From Chiloscyllium plagiosum (Eukaryota): a DNA stretch of 64,000 nucleotides. Shown piece by piece: positions 39,497 through 51,060 of this stretch (within the stretch, counting starts at the first letter, position 1; the number at the start of each line of letters is the position of its first letter). Where the stretch lies: contig NW_025215356.1 in assembly GCF_004010195.1 (NCBI RefSeq), positions 1-64,000 on the forward strand, read 5' to 3'. The notes beneath the pieces were generated by a model, which saw only the letters and a program-made list of their open reading frames with translations, was not told the DNA's origin and did not search any database. The position numbers and the translations under genes were made by a program.

Positions 39497-41275
39497 CAAG
39501 ATTAATTCCAGTCAGATTTTTCTGGTTTATACTGCAAGATTAATTCAGAGCACAGGAAAATGTTTCGGTAATTACCCACTTTCCACAGCAACACATTGAA
39601 ATAAGAGAAACAGAACCAATTTTCCAACTTATAAGCACATTTTGGGTTGGGTTACAGATGCAACAAGTAGAAAATCAGAAGGAGCAACAAGAAAGGTGGC
39701 AAGCAATTTTGAGAATGACATTTTCGGGATGTAAACTTATTTTGTTATGCTTGTCAGTTTTTCACTTCAATTCCCTCTGATTTTTATTTTCAGAAGTATT
39801 GCCTTAATTGCACAAGTTAGAAATAATCGCATTTTAGTTTAATAATGCTGTGGCTTTATCAAGTGTACATTTCCCTCAGCTCGCCATAAGGCTGACAGCT
39901 GGCCTGAACACAGCAATCACTGTCAAATTACTGCTCTGCTCCTACTTTATTGTGGCATGACCAAACTCCAGATTTGGACAACTCTTAGAATTTCAGAAAA
40001 GTCTTCCATTAAATTGTTTTCTCGTACTGTTGGATCAAGTCAAGTCCCTTTTAACTGCACTAGCTGCTATATTCTGGATTGTGTTAAAAACATTTTGGGA
40101 CAATTAAAGTTTTTCAGCACATTAGTAAGGGAGCATACGAGTGAATAGGTGAATGCATAAGGTGGCAAGGCAGGATGGGTAGTCAGGCGATGGGTGGAGG
40201 AGGGATTCAGAGGGTCATGGGGAAGTTAAGGGACCATTGGGAGGTGTGGGATCCAGGTGGTGGTGAACAGCTAAGTTGGGTTGGGGCAGTTCATGGCCAC
40301 AGGGTCAGTTCTATATTTATGTAGTTAGCTAGGAGTTAAATCTGTTTTTTTTTCCTATCTAACATTTCCTGGGTAATTATTCAGGAAAGCACATCAAAAT
40401 TCTGAAGTTTTCAAATTGAGCTTTGAATCGGAGACATTTTCAGAAGCTTCTGGGATCAAGGGAGTTGCCAGTGAGAAGTTTAAACTTCTTAGCAATTCTA
40501 ACAGAGTCATTGCATCAGAACTTGCACTGGGTTCCGAAAAGTCTTGAGTCAAACGTCTAGTCTCCTACTATGCAGGGACCAGAAGATCTAAGCCACTACT
40601 GGCTCGCACATGACTCCCAAGCAGGAGTAAGAGTGATACTGCAGAATATATATTCACATAACAATTAGTTCCTAGTTCTTTACAAATCATACAACATAGC
40701 ATTGGTCAGTTGCACAACTACTGTAGGCACATCTTTTTGTTTCTTTCCCCATTATTCCCTTTAACCCAGTAAAATTAGTCTATCATTTAAGCTCTTGTTT
40801 CTTCCAGCCTATCAGACTTTTGTTTTAATCCTTGTCCTACCTATCCCTTAATGTCTATTATATCGGAGTTTTCCCAATTCTGATGATCCAGAATGTAAAC
40901 CCTGTTTCTGTCTCTAACATTTTGTTTCTATTTCAATTTTGCAGCAATCACAGTACTTTGCTTTTTAATTCATATCTCATTAACATAGTTCACAGAGGGA
41001 GAGTTTCCCACACAAATTATTTGTCTCATTATCAGGTCTCCTTTCAAGCCACAGTATTTATTCAAATACACAGCATCAAACAGTTTCTTGGTTTATTTCA
41101 GCTTCTCTTACATTTTCAAAGCATGGCACCTCAGACTTCACAATAAAATTAAATTAACTTGGCATTAGAACTTAGCTTGCCATCTCCAATTACACCAAGA
41201 GTTTTATTTTGTTCTGTCACCCTCCAGTTCCCCTGAAGGTCACAACAGACACTAGGAACGGTTCCAAGAATAGTC

Positions 41276-41382
41276 AAAAGTGATTCCTGATGAAGGGCTT
41301 TTGCCCGAAACGCCGATTTTCCTGCTCCTCGGATGCTGCCTGACCTGCCCTGCTTTTCCAGCACCACTCTAATCTAGACTAT
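41276..41382 (+). mobile_element. PLE pseudo-LTR fragment with hammerhead-like core
   Basis: CTGATGA-A-GGGC-TTTT-GCCC-GAAA at 41287-41310. 16-bp TSD ggttccaag(a/g)atagtc at 41260-41275 and 41383-41398. Confidence 0.75.
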
Positions 41383-41549
41383 GGTTCCAAGGATAGTCTT
41401 GCATCAGGTGTTAAGACAAATTTTGTGTTGAGCAAGATATTCAAACATTTGAGACTAAGATGATTTCAAAGGAGGAAAAACACTAATTTAAAACGGCAAC
41501 AGTGATCACTTGACCAAGTTGAGGCAAGCTCATGAACCATCAATAAGCT

Positions 41550-42440
41550 ATAGTTAGAGTCTTACAGATGTACAGCTTGAAAACAGACCCTTCGGTCCAA
41601 ATCGTCCATGCTGACCAGATATCTTAAATAAATCTATTCTAATTTGCCAGCATTTGGCCCATATCCCTCTAAACCCTTCCTATTCATATACCCATGCAGA
41701 TGTCTTTAAAGGCTGTAATTGTACCAGCTTCCACCACTTCCTCTGGCAACTCATTCCATACACACACCACCCTCTGCATGAAAACAATTGCCCCTTAGGT
41801 CCCTTTTAAATCTTTCCCCTCTTCACCTTAAATTTATGCCCTCTAGTTTTGGGCTTCCTTACCCTGGGGAAAAAGACCTTGTCTATTTACCCTATCCATG
41901 CCCCTCATGATTTTATAAACCTCTATTCGGTCACCCATCATCCTCCAAAGCTCCAGAGAGAAAAGCCTCAGCCTATTCAGCTTCTCCCTGTATCTCTCCA
42001 ACCCTGTCAACATGCTTGTAAATTTTATATGAGCTCTTTCAAATTTCACAACATCTTTACTATGGCAGAGAGACCAGAATTGAATGCAGGGTTCTAAAAT
42101 TGGCCTCACCAATATCCTGTACAGCTACAACATGACATCCCAATTCCTGTATTCAATGCACTGACCAATGAAGCGAAACACACCAAACTGTATTCACTAT
42201 CCTGTTTACCTACGACTGCCCTTTCAAAGAACTATGAATCTGCACCTCTATGCCCCTTTGTTCAGCAACACTCCCCAGAACCTTACCATTAAGTATAAGT
42301 CCAGCCCTGATTTGCCTTTCCCAAATGCAAACACCTCACATTTATCTAACTTAAACTCCATCTGCCACACCTCGGCCCATTGGATCATTGAGATATCTAC
42401 ATTGAGATAACCTTCCTCGCTATCAACACCACCACCACTA
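41550..42440 (-). mobile_element. CR1 RT C-terminus and 3' UTR
   Basis: VRPILEPCIQFWS..YKIMRGMDRV motifs. Confidence 0.9.
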
Positions 42441-44770
42441 AGCTAAAGTTATCACCATTATAAAAAGGTATTAAAACACAGATCTGTAGTTGGTGTTTGA
42501 TACACATCTTTCTGGATGCTCACAGAATGAAGGCCATCTGTATATTTAGGCTGAGAGGTATAGGGTAGTTGTTTTGTCACTGGACCAGGAATCCAGGGAC
42601 CTATTTTAATGACCCATGGACATGGTTCAAATCTCACTATGGTAGATGGAAAAATCAGAATTCAATTAATAAAAATACTGGGAAAATCAGAAAATTGTAA
42701 TGTTGACCATGAAGCCATTGTTGACAGCTGGTTTCCTGGTTAGTTTAGGGAAGTGCCACCCTTAACCTATGAGACCAGTAACATGGTGGACTGTTAAAAG
42801 CCTGGTGAAATACCTTATATCAGTTGTATATTACTGTTACAAGGTCTGATGAAAGAATTAAAATCTAACGGACTACCTGGTATCAGCGAACACACTGGCT
42901 TTCAATGTTGCTAGGTCAAAATCCAGGAACTCCTTTCCTAGCAGTAGATAAACCTATACCACATGGACTCCAATTGTTGACAACAGTGTCTCACTACCAC
43001 TTTCACAAGGGCAATAAATGTTGAGCTACCATGAAGAAAGCAAAAAAAAACTAATGAAACAATGAAGTCAGGAATGGAATAAACAAGTGACATGTATTTC
43101 AGAAGACTGTGTGAGAGAGGGGGCGCAAGCGGTAGGGGGGGGCCGAGAGGGAAAAAAAGAGAGAGAGAAAGTGAAAAGCAGAGAGAGCAAGTGAGCAAAT
43201 GATGGATTCATGAGAGCAGAACCTAGATGGCTCTCTCTCCTTCAGATTCTTTCACCCGCTCAAAACAACAGCTGATGAAAAGCATATCAGAGTACCACTC
43301 CCTTGCCAAGAACTCAAAGATATGAATAGATTTCATTATTGCAGAAGATACACAAATCAAACAACCAGTCGCAGCTTAAGCCTCAACGATCTTTTTTAAA
43401 AGCTGCCTTTGAGATTTTTTTTAATACAAGATACTCTTCCCTTTTTAAACTTTGTACTCGTGTTTGTATGTGTGCTTGATGTCATGTTTTATTATTCTTC
43501 TCAGGGCAAGTAATAAAATTGCTCTTTCAACAGAGAAAACCTGTAACTGGCTCCTTAATTTTCATAGAGATTATTCTTTAATTAAAATGCCATACCACTG
43601 CCTCCCAAAAAGATTTCAAAATCTTTGTTGTGATCATTATAGGATTTTAAATGGGGAATTGAACCACTCCACCTCAACTGGCCGTAACATTGACTAACCA
43701 ATCAAGTAAGCTTTCAGGATGAAGTGTGAGAAAGCTGCCATGTGCAGAGCTAGCTGTGTTCTGTTACACTGAATGTAAAACTAATGGAGGGGTATGACTT
43801 GAAGTAGTCAGGCTGTGGACTGACTGCATTACATTGTTGCCTAAATTCTGAATTCACAAGACATTGCATATCAGTACAACAAAGGACTGATAGTAATGGA
43901 GTGACATTGCACACATACACACATTATTGGTAAGGTGTCAATATATACTCTATTTACAACATGCTTTCAAAGAACACAGCCAACTAACATCTTGGAGACC
44001 AATAAAGCACCTCAGCACCACCCTGGAAATCTATTCATTCAGAAGCCTGTTGCCTTGTTTACAGAGTAATTGGCCCAAATGCAAACATGGCTATCAAAAA
44101 TCGCCAGCTGTGAATGGCAAAACAAACCATGTGACACAGTTACTGTCGACAGACATCTCAAACTGCATTCCATGAATAAGGTTACTATCTGTGCATGCAG
44201 AGTGCAATTTTCTCCCAGCTCTTAAAGAAATAAGCAGTTGTAAAAAGAAAGCTGTGAAGTGTATGGGTCACATGGTTTTGATCATGTGCTATTGTCGTAG
44301 GGGACACTAATCTATTTCTGATCAAACAAACACAGCCTATTGAGAGCGCAGAATTGGCTATCAATTTCTCCCCCACATTTTGCATCAAGGACAAAGTCAA
44401 TTAATCTGGCCTGTATTTAATTATTTATCTTAAATGAAAGACACGTTGCAACACAATTACGCAGGACTGATTCTTTTGCCTGTGGTTTCTCTTTTTCACT
44501 CACCTGCTTTAAAAACACAGACAGAACAATGTCGACTACCAATGATATTTAATAGGAGGCCTGACAAGTACTTTAGGGAGAAGGGAATAGATAGTAACAA
44601 TAGTATAGAGTTAGAAGAGGAAAGATAGCAGGATACTCAATCCTATGACACTGAACTAGCTCAAAGGCATTTATCCTTGGTAACAATCTTGGGATAGTAC
44701 AGATCCTGCTTATAAAAGGCAGACACATAATCCTTATTTCCCTGGGATAGGGACAGGTGTACGAAATTAC

Positions 44771-44885
44771 CGTTTTATTCCTTATTCGTATAAGATCTGA
44801 TACTGAACCGGCTCCACAGTATTCCATGACTATCCATAGGTCTGTGTTCTTAAAATAACTTCCATAATACTTCACCACATGAGGG
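44771..44885 (-). CDS. STK4: STK4 exon (exon 4 equivalent), PHVVKYYGSYFKNTDLWIVMEYCGAGSVSDLIRIRNKT
   Basis: Lies in ORF 44573..44878. Acceptor tttctttctccacag|C, donor ACG|GTAAT. 115 nt. SPHVV is MST1-type (MST2 has SPYVV). Confidence 0.96.
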
Positions 44886-44989
44886 CTGTGGAGAAAGAAA
44901 AAGACTGTTAAAAGTCACAGGATGCTACACATAGCTAAAGAATAGTTAGTACAGTGAAGAGTCAGTAGATCTAACGATTAGGACGAGAG

Positions 44990-45107
44990 CTTGAATGCCC
45001 GAAACATTGATTCTCCTGCTCCTCGGATGCTGCCTTGACTGGCTGTGCTTTTCCAGCACCACACTCTTGACACTGATCTTCAGCATCTGCAGTCCTCACT
45101 TTCTCCT
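44990..45107 (+). mobile_element. PLE pseudo-LTR fragment in intron 3
   Basis: gcccgaaacattgattctcctgctcctcggatgctgcc...agtcctcactttctcct, same family as 2933-3142. Confidence 0.7.
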
Positions 45108-45326
45108 AGGTGATGGGTTGAAAGGCCTACTCCTGTTTCTGTGCCCCACATGGAATGGTGAAACACAAGGAAACAACTGATGCAGCTGATCAAGAATAGA
45201 CTTTGATTCATTTTTTCTGTTCCCTCAGAACAAAATCTCTTGTTGTGCACCGTCACTGCAATTAGGTTTTCACTTTAAAAAGTATCAATCAAGGTGCGGA
45301 ACCACTGGCAACACTTTGTGCCTCAC

Positions 45327-45455
45327 CTGTCACACTGCTGCATGATGGAAATCTCTTTGATAATCTCCTGCAGGTCCGATTCCACTGGGACCTGCTTGAT
45401 TGCAACCACTTGGCCTGATTCTTTATGAATGGCTTTGAATACACTGCCATAGGAC
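45327..45455 (-). CDS. STK4: STK4/MST1 coding exon (human exon 3 equivalent), (G)SYGSVFKAIHKESGQVVAIKQVPVESDLQEIIKEISIMQQCD(S)
   Basis: Manual translation gives the kinase Gly-loop end, the VAIK lysine and alphaC. Acceptor cttag|G at 45456/45455, donor AG|GTGAG at 45327/45326. 129 nt, phase 2-2. Confidence 0.95.
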
Positions 45456-45677
45456 CTAAGGGAAGGAACATAAAGCATTAACATTAATCCAGCAGTACAG
45501 ATTTAGGTCATCCTATCTGTTCTAAGCCTCCAATAAGAGGGAATGATTGCAACAATCTTTGATACCAGTCTTTCCCAGGGTCCTTGAACATTACATTTCC
45601 CCCACCTCTCAGCCATAACAGGTGATCAGACAATTACATAGGTCTCTGTCGCTGTTACATGCAACGTGCTTTCCAAT

Positions 45678-46018
45678 AGGGCAACAAGGTGGCTCAGTGG
45701 TTAGCACTGCTACCTCACAGCGCCAGGGACACTGATTCGATTTCAGCCTCAGGCAACTGTGTGGAGGTTGCACATTTTCCCTGGGCCTGTATGGGTTTCC
45801 TCTGGTTTCAAAGTCAAAAATGTGCAGGTTAGGTGCATTGGCCATGCTAAATAGGCCATAGCGAGAATTAGCTGTGGGAAATGCAGGGTTAGAGGGATTG
45901 GGGAGATGGGGGGGGGGGCCGTGTGTGGATTTGGCGGTCTGGGTGGGATGTTCTTCGGAGGGTCGGTGAGGAACCGATGGGCCAAATGGCCTGCTTCCAC
46001 ACTAGAGATTCTATGATT
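45678..46018 (+). mobile_element. HE1 SINE
   Basis: tRNA head and V-core. Confidence 0.85.
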
Positions 46019-46829
46019 CCCTTTTCTCAGAGCTTAGTACAACTTTCATTTCAGAATCTGATACTAGAGGAAACAGAGGGGAAAAGCCATATATCTAACT
46101 ACAGTGCTCAATGAGATTTGTTATTATACACATTCTCACAATTGTTCATATTTCAATCATCTATTATTTTTATGCTCCAAAAATAAATAAATTGCAGTTA
46201 AAAAGAATCCTTCAGGGTCTCAGAACAAAATATTTTACAAACCTCAGATTACTTAAATGCAATCTGTGCAGTAAACAGGAAATGCCAAAGACAACCATGA
46301 GTGTTTAGTAAAGCTCCTTCCAACAGGTAGCAGCTTTGCAACACTCACTGTTTCTGTTTATATACAAAGTAGACAGTTAACTCTATTATGAATCAACGAA
46401 TGAGAGTCCACAGTCCAAATAATCAGCACATTGGTGTTAACAAGTTCCATTTGCTTTCGGTGACTGATGATAAAACTAGCACAGTCCAATGTCCCTTACT
46501 AACAGGTATGGGGTGCAGTTAGGAAAACTTACTGAATGGCAGAGATGCTCAAAAGGCCAAATAGCCAAACCTTGCTCCTAGCTGCTATATTTCCATGTTT
46601 AACTCTTTTAATCCCAACAATTCGTAACTCATCCAGAGGCTGTAAACATTTCACAAAAGCCCAACTGTTGGCAACACTGTCCTGTATCATCAAAGAAGTC
46701 TCAGTGGTATCTTGCAATGCAGTGATTATTGACACTAAAATGGGCAGAAACAGGTATTGACGTTGCCACGAGACTGAGAAACAGAATGAAAGGGAGCGCT
46801 TACACCAGACATGGCTTTATTTAGTATCA

Positions 46830-47365
46830 AATCATGGAATCCATACAGTGCAGAAAGAGATCATTTGGCCCACTGAGTCTGCACCAACCCTCTGAAGAGC
46901 ATCACACCCAGACCCACACCACCACCTTACCCCTCAACCTCACATTTACCAAGGTGAAAGTGAGGACTGTTGATGCTGGAGATTAGAGTTGAAAGTGTGG
47001 AGCTGGAAAAGCACAGCAGGTCAGGCAGCGTCCAAGGAGCAGGAGAATCAACATTTCGGGCAAAAGCCCTTTTTCTTCATTCCTGACAAAGGACTTCTGG
47101 CCGAAACATTGCCCCTCCTGCTCCTCGGATGCTGCCTGATCTGCTGTGCTTTTCTGCCATCACACCCTGCACGTTTACCAAGGCTAATCCATCTATCCTG
47201 CACATCTTTGGGCTGTGGAAGGAAACCGGAGCACCCAGAGGAAACCCACGCAGACACAGGGAGAACATGCAAACGCCACACAGACAGTCACCCAAGGATG
47301 GAATTGAACATGGTTCCCTGGTGCTGAGAGGCAGCAGTGCTAAATACTGAGCCACCGTGCTGCCC
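46830..47365 (-). mobile_element. HE1 SINE interrupted by a palindromic PLE mini-element (46955-47169)
   Basis: The insert is flanked by cac(a/g)tttaccaagg at 46941-46954 and 47170-47183. Confidence 0.82.
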
Positions 47366-47650
47366 TCGACATCTCATCGTGAACCTTCAGTCATTCCAGA
47401 CACTTGCTTGTGACCATTGTTGTGTCACATGAGAATGGGTGAATATAACAGAACCGTGGCAATGGCTAAAACCAATTCAGATGCCGCAGTGGCCTCGACA
47501 TCTCATCGTGAACCCTCAGTCATTCCAGACACTTGCTTGTTCTTTTACTATGATGATTGGCTCAAAGGTGACCATTGTTGTGTCACATGAGAATGGGTGA
47601 ATATAACAGAACCGTGGCAATGGCTAAAACCAATTCAGATGCCGCAGTGG
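47364..47650 (+). repeat. Tandem duplication (129 bp + 158 bp)
   Basis: The copies are near-identical. The first lacks a 29-bp internal segment. Confidence 0.93.
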
Positions 47651-47947
47651 GAATCAATATCAACTGTTAAAGGGATTGCAGGGAGCAGAGGCAGACATTA
47701 GACATTTTTCAAGGTTGGATGCCAAGACAGTAGAGATTTTCTTTTGAAATGAGGTTCATCGCTTTATAAATAGAGACATAAAACAAGGAAGTTATCGTAA
47801 ATCTGTATGAATCAGCACGAGGTGTCGGTTGAAGTATTATGTCTAATACTGGGCATCACAGGAGGCCTGAGAGGTTATAACAGGCTCACAGATAACGGAC
47901 TTCAGCGATACGAAGCAATTAGGGAAACTGAGGTTATTGTCATTCCA

Positions 47948-48702
47948 GCAGGTTTATTTTTTCTAATAAGCCATCCATTCAGAGATATTATACATCTCTT
48001 GAGTGGGTTGGACTCAAATCCAGGCCTCCTGAATCAGACATAAGGATCTTTTCCTTAGAGCAGGTTTTAAAAAAAATTTTCTAATCAACCTGATCAGAGT
48101 TGCTATCGGCGAAGGTCAGACATGAACCCAGACCTCCGGGCTCAGTGATTATGGGCTGTGCCACTGCACTACAAGCCCCCTAACTATGTCAGGGTTATTT
48201 TCTGATCAACCTGTTCAGTGATTTTATTACAGACCTCTGGAGCAGGTGGGTCTTGAGCACATCTTCCCCTAAGAGGTAAGGACACTATCACTGTACCATA
48301 AGTGCCCCTCCTGTGGATCAGGTTTATTTTCTAACCAATCTGTTTAAAGATGTTATTGTACACCTCTGGAGCAGGTGGGACTTGAACCCAGACCTCTTGG
48401 CTCAGAAGTAGGTACATTATCACTACACTACAACAGCCATTCCTTAGACTGAGTAAATATTTTCCAATTAACCTGATTAGATTTGTTAATACATAACTCT
48501 GGAGCAGTGACCATCCTGGTCCAGGAGTAGGAAGACTACCACTGTGCCATAAGAGAATCCTCCTTAGAGCAAGTAGATATTTTAATGGACCTATTCAGAT
48601 TCGTTGTGACATCTGTTGTAGGTGGGACTTGGACCTGGATCTTCTGGTTCAGAGTAGGAGCGCTACCACTGTGTCACAAGAGCCCTTTTCCCTGAGAGCA
48701 GG
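47948..48702 (-). repeat. Tandem array of six ~113-131 bp tRNA-SINE monomers within a CR1 fragment
   Basis: Recurring ttttctaatcaacctgttcaga...ctctggagcaggtgggacttgaaccca...taccactgtgccacaagagccc units, separated by (tc)cttagagcagg-like linkers. Confidence 0.8.
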
Positions 48703-49282
48703 TAGAGATTAGGGAGAGTTGGAATACAGCTGTTCAAATGAAGATAGATAGGGAACAACTGTTCATGTTCAGTTGAATGTAAGAGCACTTGTGGATATTA
48801 CAAAAAGCAGCTGTTCCAAGTATATGAAAAGGAGAAAAATGCAGCAGTTGCCAGTGACAAGGTGGTCAGTAACAAGCGTTTAAGGAAATTAACAAAAATG
48901 CCAAAGATGATGAGAAATATTTTGATGCGGTGACTTGTGATGACTTGGATAGGTGATCAGTGATTCAAAAGAGAAGTGGAAGACTACTTGGGGAAAAGGA
49001 CAGGAGTGAGTGGGACTATTTGAATAGCTCGTTTTAAAGGGCAAGTGCAGGCACAATCAGCTGAATGACCTCCCTCCTTCCTTGTTTCACCGTTCTGATT
49101 CACTACCCATACTGCTTATCCTCTCCTTGCTTTGGTGAGCAACCGTCTTTATTGGGCTATTTCCCTGAGCCATCCTGGGAATCGATTGCACAGAAATCAC
49201 TTTGCTCATGTTTTTGATCATTCGGTAAGTTTGTAGCATCATGTTAGTGGATGATAACAGTAATTATTTACTTCTCTGTACT

Positions 49283-49380
49283 AGTGAGTTTTGAGAAGAT
49301 TTGTAGCGCAGGTTGAGGTTCTGAATGTAGGTTTGCTTGCTGAGCTGGAAGGTTCATTTTCCAGCAAACCTACATCCAGA
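49283..49380 (-). mobile_element. 98-bp PLE terminal remnant with fold-back
   Basis: Perfect 13-bp TSD acttctctgtact (49270-49282 and 49381-49393). tgtaggtttgct / agcaaacctaca inverted repeat. Confidence 0.82.
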
Positions 49381-50317
49381 ACTTCTCTGTACTTGACATT
49401 TCAAGTTTTTAAAAATTTATAAATTTGCAGGAATACTTGATCAACTGGCACTTTCCTGGTCCCATAGGTGCTTGTTACTGTTTGCTGTAGTTTGGACAGT
49501 TCTTGGATGGGGATGGTTGCATAGAGTAATGAGCCTGACGAGGCGAGAATATAGTCACTGAGTTATAGAGAGCTCGAGTACAGGTTGTAGCCCATCGAGT
49601 CTGCACAAGCCAAAAGCTATTCTACTCCCATTTTCCCACAGTTAGCTCAAAGCCTTGTATGCATCCATCAGACTCTATCCAAAGTTATCACATTTAGATT
49701 ACTTTAGTCCCCAAAAGAAGCGTTGGCATGAAACCCTGAAAAAGTTACTTGAAACTAAGTACATTTAAGCTCAGGTACCTAAAAGCTCCAGGAAGCAGCT
49801 ATCAGCATTTCCTGTCCAGGAGTTAAAGTCACAATTGCCATAAGCTTATCGAAGTGTATGAATTTTGTTTTTCCTGAAGTGGGTACTGTACAAGGGTGCT
49901 TTGGATCATACTTTCACTACGCTAGATCTTTGAATCTGTGCCACGGTAAATTGTTTGGCTTATTCAATTTTATCTTCATTTCTTTTGGTTAATAAACTTT
50001 TGTTTCATTGTTAAAACAAAACCTGCAACATTGCGTGCATTTGTTTCAGTGAGAGACTACCTTGTTAAAAGCAAACAAAACTTAATCTAGGAAGCACTTC
50101 AACACATGGAGGTTCAGAACTCTCTGCCACAAAGGGCAATGTTACTTTTAAATTGGAGATGAATAAATTTTTACCAAGAAAGGTATTAAGGGGTATGGGT
50201 CAAAGGCAGGTAAATGAGTTAGGCCACAGAGCAGCCATGATCGCATTGGACTGCAGAATAGACTCGAGAAACTGAATGGCCTAACTTGGTTCCTATGTTT
50301 CAGCCTGGGATCTGACA

Positions 50318-50640
50318 TTAGATTAGATTAGATTAGATTACTTACAGTGTGGAAACAGGCCCTTCGGCCCAACAAGTCCACACCGCCCCGCCGAAGCGCA
50401 ACCCACCCATACCCCTACATTTACCCCTTACCTAACACTACGGGCAATTTAGCACGGCCAATTCACCTGACCTGCACATCTTTGGACTGTGGGAGGAAAC
50501 CGGAGCACCCGGGGGAAACCCACGCAGACACAGGGAGAACGTGCAAACTCCACACAGTCAGTCGCCTGAGGTGGGAATTGAACCCAGGTCTCTAGCGCTG
50601 TGAGGCAGCAGTGCTAACCACTGTGCCACCGTGCCGCCCA
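50318..50640 (-). mobile_element. HE1 SINE (young copy)
   Basis: Full length, with a (TTAGA)n tail as read on the plus strand. Confidence 0.93.
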
Positions 50641-51060
50641 TGTTCAATGATAACATTGGGATTATAGCAGGGTGTATACCCCCAACAACAGAGCACTGCA
50701 GTAGACCAGGACAAAGCAGCCGGCTTGATTGGCACCACATCCACAAGCATTCACTCTCTTCACCACCAATGCTCAGTCACAGTAGTGTGTACTATCTACA
50801 AGACATACTGCAGAAATTCACCAAATTTCCTCGGACAGCACCTTCCAAACCTACTGGATCACTTCCATATAGAAGAACCAGGGCAACAGATATACGGGAA
50901 CACTACCACCTTCAAGTTCCCTCCAAGTCTGTCATCATCCTGACTTGGAAATTAGTTGCTATTCCTTCACTAACACTGGGTCAAAATCCTGGAATTCCCT
51001 CCGTAAGGGTACTGTGGATCAACCTGTAGCATGTGGACCAGGAAGGGTCAAGGAAGTTGC
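50640..51060 (+). mobile_element. CR1/L2-group LINE 3' fragment
   Basis: IGTTSTSIHSLHHQCSVTVVCTIYK remnant. Confidence 0.6.

Noticed and set aside
43198..43276. ATGATG...CTGA C/D-box-like spacing
   Set aside because: Imperfect C box, antisense to the host gene, no terminal stem or recognisable guide.
47948..48702. CRISPR-like repeat/spacer appearance
   Set aside because: Eukaryotic context, the intervening units are homologous SINE copies rather than unique spacers, and there are no cas genes.
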